Of a DNA stretch of 64,000 nucleotides, positions 11,692-23,030 are shown piece after piece. The stretch's first letter is position 1, and each line of letters starts with the position of its first letter. Both the position numbers and the translations under genes were made by a program. The notes below the pieces were generated by a model that worked only from the letters and a program-made list of their open reading frames with translations, ran no database searches and was not told the origin of the DNA. This stretch comes from Polymyxa betae A26-41 (Eukaryota > Protista > Endomyxa: Phytomyxea): contig RBZT01000215.1 in assembly GCA_003693705.1 (NCBI GenBank), positions 1 to 64,000 on the forward strand, in the 5' to 3' direction.

Positions 11692-12807
11692 TTAAGCCTG
11701 GAAGAAATGCGACATGATGCCGGCGTCGTCCAGATCGAAGCTGAGCAGGGCGTTGCGTGTACCGGGCCGTGCTGAGGCGGCGTCCCCGCAGGCCGGCATC
11801 AACGGGAACGCCGGCCGGAGAGCGTCGTCGTCTGGCGGCGGCTGCTTTTTCAACGTCTCCGTGGCCTGCTGCCACTGCACCGTACCGGCCATGGCGCTGC
11901 GATCCGCCATCAGCGCCGCGAGCTCGTTCGGATCGCAGATCGGCGACGATTCGACTCCGAACCGACGCGCGTTGACGGCGAACATCTCTTCAGCTGGCCA
12001 CGCCGAATACTCGCAGCCGAACGTATCCATGACGCTCTTCGAATTTCGTGGTGGTTTCGGCGCCGCGATTCTCTTCTTTCGCGTCTTATCAGAAGGGACG
12101 GATTTGTTCGACAGATGACCATGACGGGCGATCCACGCCTTGAGCTTGTAGAGGAACGGCGAGACGCTCCAGAAACGAGAATGATCCGAGTGATCGAGGA
12201 CGTCGATCTCGAACCATCGAATATCGGCGATCTCTTTCCGGGTCTGCGTCGAGAACGCCGTCTCGAGGGGCACGTTCGGCGCCAGATACAGATTGGTGGA
12301 TTTGCCTTTGACGACGGCTTGTAAGACGTGACGATCAGAGACGAGCGCGGAGATATCGAAGCCGGTCTCTTCGAGGACTTCGCGAACAGCACAGTCGATA
12401 TGGAGCTCGCCCTGATTGATCTTCCCCTTCGGAAACGTCCACGATCGACTATTGTAGCCTTTGACGAGGACGCACGACGACATGGTCTCGTCAAGGAGGA
12501 TGGCGCCACAGACCGGGACCTTGCCGAGATATTCGCGAAATTGGGTGAAATATTGCTCGAAATTTGGAACGTGAGGACGCAGGGCGGCCGATTGCTCGAA
12601 TAAACTAAGACAGAAATCACGAAAGGAGAACTTCGGGAGGTTCAGATGCGGATGGGGTTCGCGATAGAAATCGTCATAGAACCACCAGGCCTGCTCGAGC
12701 TGAAAAAATAAACGCTCGAAGGAATCGAGTTCCTCTTTGGGCAGGTTCAGGAAAAACCGCGATGATAAATCGTCCAGGGCGACGGCCAGGTGTCGGGAGA
12801 CGGCCAT
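11692..12807 (-). CDS. DCP2: mRNA decapping enzyme catalytic subunit (Box A plus Nudix), intronless
   Basis: LDDLSSRFFLNLP..ERLFFQLEQAWWFYDDF; W.FPKGKINQGE...CAVREVLEETG; TRKEIADIRWF. Confidence 0.95.
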   Translation of the reverse strand: MAVSRHLAVALDDLSSRFFLNLPKEELDSFERLFFQLEQAWWFYDDFYREPHPHLNLPKFSFRDFCLSLFEQSAALRPHVPNFEQYFTQFREYLGKVPVCGAILLDETMSSCVLVKGYNSRSWTFPKGKINQGELHIDCAVREVLEETGFDISALVSDRHVLQAVVKGKSTNLYLAPNVPLETAFSTQTRKEIADIRWFEIDVLDHSDHSRFWSVSPFLYKLKAWIARHGHLSNKSVPSDKTRKKRIAAPKPPRNSKSVMDTFGCEYSAWPAEEMFAVNARRFGVESSPICDPNELAALMADRSAMAGTVQWQQATETLKKQPPPDDDALRPAFPLMPACGDAASARPGTRNALLSFDLDDAGIMSHFFQA

Positions 12808-13298
12808 GCTTGAGGGCTGGAGCAGGACTGGGCGAGAGACGCGACGGGCGGCGGGCGTTCGGGGGCGCGCACGCTCGGCTTGGTCCGATCGGAGAAGGGC
12901 AGGATTGATATCTGCCAGATTTTCGAAGCGTTCAATGAGGACACTTTTCGATCAATCGAGGGGTTAAGAGAAACGAAATCGCACTTTTCTGAAGCGCGCG
13001 TTGGTGAATCGCACTGTGGGTTCGAGCAGAGAGCCGCCCCGTCCCAGTGGCGCAGATTCCAAACACAGTGGCGCAGTTTCGAAACTCAGGGAGCGCAATT
13101 CTCAAACAGCGATGTTCAACAACATGAGAAAACGCAAAGTTTCATTTAGACGTACGCAGTGTTTGATATTCTCGATCACAACTCGATCTTGCCAGTGGCG
13201 CACATTTGTTGAGGAGTTTTTTTGAAAAAAACCGCGAAAAGCAGTTTCTGCGTCCTTGCAGATCTGGACGACCCGACGATCTTCGAATCTGGATGAAT

Positions 13299-15160
13299 TC
13301 ATCGGAGGTTCGGAACGCCACGAAAGTCGTCATTGGTGACGACGGCGGCCTGCAGATCGCGCCTTAACGCATTCATGCCCGCCTCGATACAAATCCCTTG
13401 AAGATCAGCACCCGAATATCCCGACGTCCTGATCGCGATCTCGTTCAGATCGACATCGTCGGCGATCGGCATCGTCTGGCAGTACGCCCGCAGGATCGCT
13501 CGCCGGCCATCGCGATCGGGCAGGCCGAGTTCGATCTGCTCGTCGAACCGACCCGGGCGCAGAATCGCCTCGTCCATTCGTTCCCGGAACGACGTCGTCC
13601 CGATCACGAAGACGAGCGGCGCCTCGGGCGCCCGCGACGTCACTCCATCCAGCTCCGTCAACAAACAGCTCAGAACGCGATCGTACGTCTGGCTGCGGTC
13701 GCGATCCCGACGCGGCGCCAGCGTCTCGACCTGGTCCAGTACGACGACGACGGGCGCCAGCGCCCGCGCCTTCTGGAACAGGTCGCGAATCGCCTTCTCC
13801 GATTCGCCCACGACGGCGGAGATCAGATCGCAGCCGCGCGCCTCGACGACGGCGGCTAAAGTCCGAATATCAGTAATACAGCCCCATTGATGACAGCGAT
13901 TGGTTCACCATTGGCTTCGGCGGCGATGCCCAGCGCCACGGTCGTCTTCCCGACGCCCGATGGGCCGAATAGCAGGACGCCGCGCGGCGGTCGAATGCCC
14001 AGACGACGATACGATCGCGGGTTCTGTAATGGCGTAATGATCACGGAACGAATTCGGGCGAGGGCGTCATCGATGTCGGCCAATGTTGATAGAGGACGCG
14101 AAGGTCGGGAAGGACGTAGACGATCGTCGAGACAGGACGGGCGGATCCGATCTGCAGCACGATCCAGATCGTCGTCTCGCACAACGACGTCGTCGCGGCC
14201 CAGCGCCATCAACGCCGCCTCCGTGCATAATCGCTGCAGATCGCTGCGAGCGAATCCGTGCGCTTTGTCCGCGACCCGACCCAGGGCGTACTGGTCGCCG
14301 TCCATCATCGACGCCAGGACGGCGCGACGTCCATCGCGGTCCAGGTTTCGGAGCGGGACGACGTGATCCAGACGCAGGCTGCGACGAAGCGACGCCGGCA
14401 GCGACGACGCCGCCGCCTCGCTGGGCGCCAGAACGACGACGACGCTGTCGCTCCGGAGCTGGAGGTCGTCGAGACGCTGCTCGAGGCGGATTCGGAGCCG
14501 CTCGCCCTGCCCCGAATTCTGCAGCAGATGGAGGTCGCGAACGACGACAATCGCGGGGGCAGCACGACGCGCGCGGTCGAAGGCGGCCTCGAGGCGGCGC
14601 TCGGCCCGGCCGCGTTCGGCGCTGAACAGGTCGGCGATCGCGATCGAATCAACCGGCAGACCCGAATGACGCGCGACCCGATCCACGAACGGGTCGGCGT
14701 CCGATCCGGTCACGACAACGCCGACGCAGGCGCGCTGCGCGTACTGGCCCGCGATCAGATCGAGAAGCTGGACGACGGCGGCCTCCTGCTCCGGGTATTC
14801 GTGGACGACGGCGTCGTACCAATGATGTCGTTGATTGAGAGAACGGCGTTGATGGGTGTTGGCGGCGATCTCGACGATGGTGTCGATGGCGATGCGTTTC
14901 GGGTCGGAGAAGGTCGTGGCGGAATCGACGGCGACGATCTCGAGCTGGGCGTCCAGGGCGCCGTTCCACGGGACGATCAGCGACGTCTCCGGGACGGCGA
15001 TCGATTCGGCCAGGAGACAGGCTAACGTGCCCGGATCGAGCAGCGCGAGCAGATCGGCGAAGGTGTCGTCGCGGGCGCGAATCGTGACGTTCTGGGCGCA
15101 GGCGAGCTTGGAGACGTCGGAGGTGATGATCGTGTCTGAGAGGATGGTGTCACGCTGCAT
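13299..15160 (-). CDS. CDC48/AFG2(SPATA5)-type double AAA+ protein with degenerate catalytic motifs
   Basis: D2 PPRGVLLFGPSGVGKT, AILRPGRFD, GYSGADL; intron 13908-13856; D1 lacks Walker A. Confidence 0.85.
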
Positions 15161-15276
15161 GGCCGTCTGAACGATTTCATGCCGCCTGATAATGAGATCG
15201 CCAGCTTGGCATTTTCTGGTCGTCATCGCGTGCCAGAAATCGCCGATCGGACAGGCGGCGGATCGCAGTGATCGGG

Positions 15277-15432
15277 AAGGCTTTGCGTGACGGCGCAAAA
15301 AATGTTTTAAAGAATGTTTTGCGGGACGGCGCAAAAAACAATACTAAGTTTTTAAAGAAGGCTTTGCGCGACGGCGCATTAAAAAGAATGTTTTTAAAAA
15401 AGGCTTTGCGTGACTGCGTAAAAAAATGTGTT
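15277..15432. repeat. Four imperfect ~40-nt tandem repeats with inverted core TTTGCG-N-GAC-GGCGCA(AA) in a divergent promoter
   Basis: Copies start at about 15277, 15314, 15358 and 15400. Confidence 0.85.
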
Positions 15433-15778
15433 TAATAATAGCTGTGGCGATTGTTCAGGAGTACCGTATTCGATTGATTTGAAAGCGAGGCCAGTCTACC
15501 TTAGTAAGATGTTGTTCTGGCCTGTTCTGGTTCCTCTCGGTACCGGCTGGACATAGCCCATGTCCGGAATCGTGATTATATAGATCCGGAGCTCCTACAG
15601 CAAAGTCGTTTAAAAAGTCACGAATGCAATCAGATGATTGGAAACGCCATGCCTGTTTACGCTCGGTAAAAAACATACTTTGAATTTCGGCGGCTAGGGT
15701 TAGGGTTTATCATCATGTTATGCAACAAACACAGTCACTCACAGAACCGTTTCATGATACTGTGATGTTTGTATCAAT

Positions 15779-17003
15779 ATGCCAACAACATTCGAACAGA
15801 TCTCGCTGTCGTTGATTGCGTTTCTCGAGATCCGCAAAGGCATCTGCAATATCGAATACGCTGCCAAACCCAAAGCTACCGAAGGTCGGTCGATCGTCGT
15901 CCGAACAATCGCAATCTGAGACATTCCATTCCTAGTCGAACTGAACCGATGGCACGACGCCAATCGACCTTATCGTCTTCCTACCGACATCCAGAACTTT
16001 TATTTGATGCAGAACGGGCTGCTTTTACGCTGGCGAATGCGATACAACGGTGCGATTCGAAACCAGCTTCGAACGCCTCGTCTGAGACCCGATTTTAGGC
16101 GATCTGCTGCCATTAGGCTGTCTCAATATCAACCCGATCGTGAACATCGAGCAGCGTCACATTCAAGACGCCGTCTTTCTGAACGCTGAACGACGTCCGG
16201 TCCCGATGAAGGCGGCGTTCGATCTCGATCATCTCTGCTTAGATGGCCGAGTCGTTCTCGCCTTTGCCAAAGGCAACGCCTTTTATCGCCTCGCCATCAT
16301 GTCTCTAATTCGTTGCAGAATCCGATGCTTCTGGCGTCTATTTCCAAGACCTTTCCTGCACCTATTTCTTCGTCTGCGAATCGTTCACAGCGTATCTGAG
16401 ATTGCTGTTCCTGCATATCGGCCTACCACGATGGCAATATGCATTCACGAACAGCGGCCTGCCACAATCCTCCATACAATGGTTTCGCTTATTGGTACGA
16501 ACCGATGGCCGATTGCTGGCGATTCTAACACGAGATGATGCTGCAGATTCCTCGAAGGCTGCAACTCGATCTACAATTGATGGAGGTCGGCGTCCTTATC
16601 GATAATTTAAACCGAAATCTAAACGTTCTGCAGAACGATAAAGTCGAGAAACAGAGAGAGAATCCAGCTCGTTCGATCACCATCGATCTTGATAAAATCG
16701 AGAAGAACGCCAGGTCGGTGTCTAGCGCTCGCAATGGAGCAACAACGTTTGAACGATTTCAGGCTGGTTCGAGCACGTGATGCGAGCAAGAAGAAGAATA
16801 AGAAGAGCACGTCGGATCTGCCATCAGCAGCATTCAGCGATTCCGGACAGCAACAACGCCTCGCAAGGCCGGGTTCAGCACCGAGTCGCCGACCCAATCC
16901 TCCTGGACAAGCGATGCCGGCAGCATCGTCGCAACTGCAGACGAGGGCGCTGGTTCGGCCGGAGACGGGCGTTCGACGACAGATTCGAGGCTCGTTCGGT
17001 TGA
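15779..17003 (+). CDS. TPGS2: Tubulin polyglutamylase complex subunit 2 (SMI1/KNR4-like fold)
   Basis: Spliced reading: LPTDIQNFYLMQNG..LPLGCLNINPI..FDLD..GRVVL..SFTAYLRLLFLHIGLPRWQYAFT..QWF; needs a GC-AG intron at 16273-16318. Confidence 0.85.
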
Positions 17004-17082
17004 AACGACGAATAAACACGCCACGTTCATTGAACGACATTTCAGGATTCCAATTTGTCGTTCGAAGAGCTCGACCACCTCT

Positions 17083-17311
17083 ATGATCGTTATCCTGAGA
17101 TCGGCAGGCATTGGGTCGGTATAACCCCCCCCCCCCTCCATTGACGAAGACGATCACCACGACTATTGATCTTCATCCTCTAATCACTGCCGGTGCGAGT
17201 GAAGTCGTCATTGGCGTCTGTTTCGGGATCATGGCGGCCATCGTGTTCGTCGCTGGTTATTACCTGTTTTGCAGACCTCGTGGTGCAGCTCCTGTTGGTC
17301 CTCCAGCATAG
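17083..17311 (+). CDS. Possible small single-pass membrane protein
   Basis: VVIGVCFGIMAAIVFVAGYYLFC followed by RPR; start codon and splicing uncertain. Confidence 0.4.
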
Positions 17312-17639
17312 AATTGCAGCCCACACATCTCCATATTATCATCGCGTCTATGTTCCAAATCGTCATACAAAACTTTTCAGTTCGATTTGAACAATGCTAG
17401 CAACTATGTATAGCTTGGAATCCGCCTTCTATTGAGAATTGAGATTTGTTCGTTGCATATTGTGTAGAGTCGTTCATTCATTTATTGTTGATTTCCAGTA
17501 AACCACGAGGCAATGATCACAGGGTCCTGCACGGATTCCAGAAGAATACCGAAGATCACAATCTAATTTCATTCAAGGCCAAATGAAGTTTGCGAAATCA
17601 TGCTCGAATTAACAGCCTGTTTTAGAGTTTTCTTCATCA

Positions 17640-17736
17640 ATGTGGCTTCAATATCAATTAGGGTTTCTCAACTGTGCATTGTACTGTAGTGAGTGAGCCC
17701 CTCATGTAACGAGATTAGAGCTCCTTTTGACATGAG

Positions 17737-17798
<62 letters not shown>

Positions 17799-19232
17799 AG
17801 AGGGAGAGAGAGCCTTGACCTCATTCTGTAAACAGACAGCTTCCGTTGACATCGACGAAGCTGTCGCTGGGTGCGGCCGAACTATCCCGATCAGAGGACC
17901 GCCTGCTTACCCGAACCGCCCAGGCTGGCGTCCTGCGCTTCTGCTCTCTAGTACCTTACATTCTCGAATTGCCAGAAAGGATGGTGATAGTCTGTTGGGC
18001 GGAGGTTGTATGGCGAACAAATGTGTGGACAAAACCCACCCAAAATTATTCGGTCGCCCAGAAAGCGTCTTTGTTTTCTTGTAACGCTGCGAATTCGCCA
18101 TGAAACAGGTTCGCTTGAGACCTGGGATTCTGATGCGATTCGTTGACAAGGATATGACTGGGGATTTGCTGGAGGCCTTAATCGACGTTATCGGCCAGCA
18201 ATGCGATCAGATGTTTCCTTTGCCTCCATCACCTGCATCCATAGCACAAACTATGCCTGGATCAGGATGGTTTTCGATTTGTTCAATCGATCTGAAAACG
18301 TCAATCATTGTCGCAAAATACGATCCTGGAACCTTTGCAAGGGTATGGAAATGTATTTCTCACACACATTTCACCAAGGCATTTTTGTAGTTTATTATTT
18401 ACGGTCTGAAACATGACACGTTATTCGTTGTGTATCGAGTTGAGACGGGAAGAATACCTTTGGATTCACTGCTGCCGAATGTGACATTGGAGGATATGGC
18501 AGAAGTCGTGGTTCCTGCTGTCGAGCTACCTGCATCTGCTGCTCAGCTCTCTGCCGCTGAGTTTCAAGCAGCTGCTGAAAGCCTGTTCAAACTTCAAAGT
18601 CATCAGAGGCGTTCCATATCCGAAAACTGGACTCCCGAACAGGTTCAAATTCAAATTCATTCAACAGCGGTTATAATTCTAAGCCCATTTTTTTAGTTGA
18701 ACAAATTACGAATAGCTGTAGAGGTGGGAACTACGAATTGTCAGTTTTGTATTATGCAGATTCAACGTTGTTTACAGAAGTACGGAAGGCGCTGGAAACT
18801 GATCGCTTCGAAATTCGATTTCGGCGAATTCACATCTCATGATCTTTGCTCCAAATGGTAGTGGATTTGCATTGAATTGTACCAGTTTCTGATCAGGTTA
18901 TTGCAGGAACGAATTGCTGAATTGCAACCAGGTTAGTGGACGCCCGGGAAAGGCTGAGAAAGCCAGCCGAAATGCTGATGTACTTAGATGTAAAGCGATT
19001 CCTCAGCTTACTACTCGGGAGGCGTCGTTGCTGTTAAAATGCGTTGCCGAGCATGGACAGAATTGGGCTCTTATAGCACAGGTACCGCATTCCATATCTG
19101 TCAGCTTTCTATCAAATAATCAGCTCGGTCTTTCAGCAATATGATTTCAATGGCCGTGATCGTAACGATCTGGGAAGAATGTGGAAGCAGCTGCAAAACT
19201 GTCAAGATGAAAACGCCAGGCTCACTCAGTGA
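17640..19232 (+). CDS. Protein with two C-terminal Myb/SANT domains of telobox (TRF-like) type; 5' structure uncertain
   Basis: Spliced: WTPEQLNKLRIAVEKYGRRWKLIASKFDFGEFTSHDLCSKW and LTTREASLLLKCVAEHGQNWALIAQQYDFNGRDRNDLGRMWKQL. Confidence 0.7.
17734..17812. repeat. (GAAA)n/(GA)n microsatellite, probably intronic
   Basis: Direct reading. Confidence 0.95.
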
Positions 19233-19393
19233 TGTCGTATTTTAATCTAAAATCTATTGTATTGTTTGTAAACTATATTCTCGAAAGCGTTCGTCGTCAT
19301 CATTCGTCAATTTTCTGCTTTTTTGCCGGAGTATCAAACCGATGTAGTTAGTTATTGGCCACGGAGTTTGCTGCACAGAATTGTGATCGCATC

Positions 19394-22066
19394 ATGATCG
19401 CGTCCCGACTAGTTCGTCGTCTTCCATGTGCTCTACGCCCCCGTCATCTAATTCCCATTAGCACTGTCAGGCCGTTCTCTGATCAGACGCTATCGTCCAG
19501 GGTCAAGGGCGACATTCAATCGAAAAAGTTCGAAGCCGAGACGAAACAGCTGCTGGACATTGTCGCCAATTCCCTCTACACAGATCGAGAGGTATTCATC
19601 CGAGAACTCATCTCGAACGCCAGCGATGCATTGGAGAAATCCCGCCTGCTGTCGTTGACAGAATCGGGCGCATCTCATGGTCGCTCTTTAGAGATTATGA
19701 TATCAACCGATGATGCAGCTGGCACCCTTACTGTAGGAAATCTGTTCGAAACTTGTTATCAATTTGATTTTGTTTAGATTGTAGATAATGGCATTGGTAT
19801 GACGTACGATGAGCTGGTGGAAAACCTCGGGACGATCGCTCGCTCGGGCTCCAAGGTATCATTTGAGCCAGTTCGGCCCTGAACGATGCTGATTGGTCTC
19901 TAGGCTTTCATTGAGAACGTGAAGACGCCAGCCGATGCGACATCGATCATCGGGAGGTTCGGTGTCGGATTCTATTCGGCCTTCATGGTTGCTGATAAGG
20001 TCGTCAGCTGTGTTAAGGTCTCGTGTTCTTTACGCTGACTTAAACCAGGTCGAAGTCTTCACGAAGTCATCAGCGCGGCCAGATGCGCCCGCTTATTACT
20101 GGGCTTCGAACGGCGCTGGCTCATACGACATTTCCGAAGCTGAAGGTGCCTTATCCACGCAGCTTGACGTTCCGAATCCGCTGAATCCCTAAACTTAGGC
20201 GTCCCGGTCGGGACCAAGGTCATACTGCACCTGAAGAAGGACAGCAAACGGTTCGCGAAAGCGGACGAAATCCAACGTATCATCTCGAAGCACAGCAGCT
20301 GTTTGGGATTCCCGGTCTCTGTCAATGGCAAGGCCCAGGTAACGAGCTCGAGAGTTTGACGATGATTCGGCGCCATCTGACGGGCCAGTACAGTCGACGA
20401 TCGGCGCCATCTGGCTGCGAAACAAGAAGGACGTGACCGTCGACGACTACAACGACTTTTACAAGCAGACTTCTATGGTGCGTTGTGATATGATTTTGCT
20501 GCTATTTCGATTGTGTGTGTAACATTACATAGGCCTATGACAAACCCTTCGATATTCTGCATTTCTCTACGGACGTCCCTCTGACATTAAACGCTCTGCT
20601 CTATCTGCCGAAGCGCCATACTGAAAAATTCGGTAACTGTTTTTTCAGCTTGGCATTATTTTCCGTCGTACATTTCGGTTTCCTTTTTCAACAAAGTATA
20701 AATCTGAAGCAGTTTCTATCTAGGAATGGGCAAAGAGAAGCCCGGAGTGCATTTATATTCGCGGAAAGTCATGATTCAGTCGAATTCGTCTCATTTGCTA
20801 CCTGATTGGCTGCGGTAAGAGTCGAGATCAGGTCACGCAGGCCCGGAATCTGAATTCTGCTGCCTCGTCCAGGTTCGTGAAGGGCGTTGTTGACAGCGCT
20901 GATATCCCACTGAACATATCGCGAGAGTCGATGCAGAATAGTGCTCTGGTTCGTCGTATCAACAACGTACTGACCCAGCGCTTGTTGCGCCATCTAGCTG
21001 ACATGGCCAAACACGAGCCGAAACGATACGCCGAATTCTTCGAAGAGGTCGTACTGAGCTAGACGGCCTCGCTGAGAGCTCTGCTTAGATTTCGTTTTTT
21101 AGTTCGGGCAATTTTTGAAAGAAGGCATCTGTGTGGATGAAACCAACCGAGCTCGTCTAGCGCCATTGCTGCGATTCGCATCGTCACAATCCGATGAGAT
21201 GGTGACGCTGGACGAATATGTCGCCCGGATGCCTTCGAGCCAGACAGAAATCTACTACTTCTGTACGACCAGCAATCTTGATAAGCGCTGGATCTAATAT
21301 GTGCTGCAGGCAGTCCATCTCGTGAGCTGGCGCTAACTTCGCCCTATTACGAAGCGTTCAAAGCTCGTGATTTCGAGGTCCTGTTCCTATACCGGGAAGT
21401 CGACGATTTTGTCATGCAGAACCTACGCAAGCATGCCGATCGTCCTTTGGTGTCGATCGAGTCCGCCAAGAACGTTATCGATAGAAACGTCGATGAATCT
21501 GAGGCTAATGAGATCGTCGATTCGGAATCGAAATCAGTGCTCGAGACGTAATTTCATCTGGAAGGACATTCAACGAGTTCTGACAGTTCAGATAGGATGC
21601 CTTCGTATCTGGAGTCTGTCTTAGGCAGCAAGGTGTCAAGCGTCACAATCTCCAAACGTTTGGTGAGCTCGCCTGCGATCTTGATCGATCACGAGAATGC
21701 TGCTGTTCGTCGAATGATGAAGATGGTCGAGGTTCGTCCTGTTCGTTTCCGGTATTTCGTTTTGTTGACTTTCTTTATCAGGGCGGGAAGGCCATGGTCG
21801 ATTCTCTGTCAAAACAAAAGATGGAGATCAATGCGTCGCATCCCATCATTCGGGGTATCTATGCCCTGCGAGAATCCAATCCAGATCTGGCGCGGACGCT
21901 ATCTGAACAGGTGTTCGATAACGCCTTGGTCGCAGCCGGCTTGATGGACGACCCGCGCTCTATGCTGGGTCGCATCAATCAACTGATGGAACGCTGCTTA
22001 CAATCCGACTCAAAGTCGGCGGCGATCCCGGTTGAAGAAGTTGAGACTGCCGCCCAGCAGCAATAA
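19394..22066 (+). CDS. TRAP1: Mitochondrial HSP90 (HSP75)
   Basis: Arg-rich transit peptide; [33 protein letters not shown]; DNGIGM; GRFGVGFYS; no C-terminal MEEVD. Confidence 0.93.
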
Positions 22067-22145
22067 ATTATTGTAGCAATAGCTGTTTATTATTTGCTGC
22101 TGTTGCGACCTCTATCAGCAACAATTTAGAGGTATTCGTTCGTCA

Positions 22146-22847
22146 TCAGAGGATCCTAAACGACGATTGCTTGGAGATGGAACGAGCGAGTCTTATGGTT
22201 GCCCAGGCGGTTAATAGCTGCAACGCCACGATTATTGATTGCATGACGATGATGACAGTCAGATGGCGCTTCAATTGATTCAAGAGAATATTGACGCAAA
22301 GCTGCGGCTCGTTGTTGCATGAATACCTTCTCCCGACAGCGACGTGAACCTCTGGCGATGCGTCCTCCCAGGCTTTCCTGGTCAGATCGGGGAGGTTCGG
22401 GAACATCCCGATCGTCGTGCAGGTTAGGTACCCATGCAGTATGCAGATGCCAAGAATCAGCACCGATTCGAAATAGATAATGCAAAGCGGCGTTCGCAAT
22501 GAGACCATTGTGGCGAACGCTACCAGAACCAGTCCGGTTCCGGCAACGACGGCGTTCTGTTTGGCGACATGCAACAGAATCAGCAGAAGCTCGCCGTCCG
22601 CCATCAGGTAGGTAAGATAGGCGAGCAAGGCGATTTCGCCCAGGGCGCTGACGATGCCTCCAGTCACGACCAGTCGTTTCTGCCAGAGCAGCGATAACGG
22701 TACCATACGTGGTACGTACCATCGATGGCTATTTTCTCGCAATCGTCGTTCGTAGTTTTCATGCCTTTCGAAATAAGTGGTCCCGGCGTCGCCGACTTCG
22801 TCCGGCAGGATGGTAGGCGCTGGCATCTGTGCCATTTGCATTGGCAT
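22146..22847 (-). CDS. Four-TM tetraspanin-like membrane protein
   Basis: 3+1 TM topology; loop with W and only two Cys (YSCNNEPQLC). Confidence 0.55.
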   Translation of the reverse strand: MPMQMAQMPAPTILPDEVGDAGTTYFERHENYERRLRENSHRWYVPRMVPLSLLWQKRLVVTGGIVSALGEIALLAYLTYLMADGELLLILLHVAKQNAVVAGTGLVLVAFATMVSLRTPLCIIYFESVLILGICILHGYLTCTTIGMFPNLPDLTRKAWEDASPEVHVAVGRRYSCNNEPQLCVNILLNQLKRHLTVIIVMQSIIVALQLLTAWATIRLARSISKQSSFRIL

Positions 22848-23030
22848 ATGATTTTTTGCTCGCCCAGGGTACACAGCGAGATATTCAAGCCATCAGATTC
22901 GGTTCGAGACAATATCTGGGCGACAATCGGGTTGGATTGGCCCTCTAGCATGACAGCAGCCAATGCACCATGTCTATTATGTATTGTATTTCCGGGATGG
23001 TAGCGAACATCCCGCTAGAATTATGTTGGG

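Noticed and set aside
13887-15025. Several long + strand ORFs opposite the AAA gene
   Set aside because: Same GC-driven lack of stop codons
15277-15432. CRISPR-like repeat-spacer pattern
   Set aside because: Spacers are related A/T tracts; no cas genes
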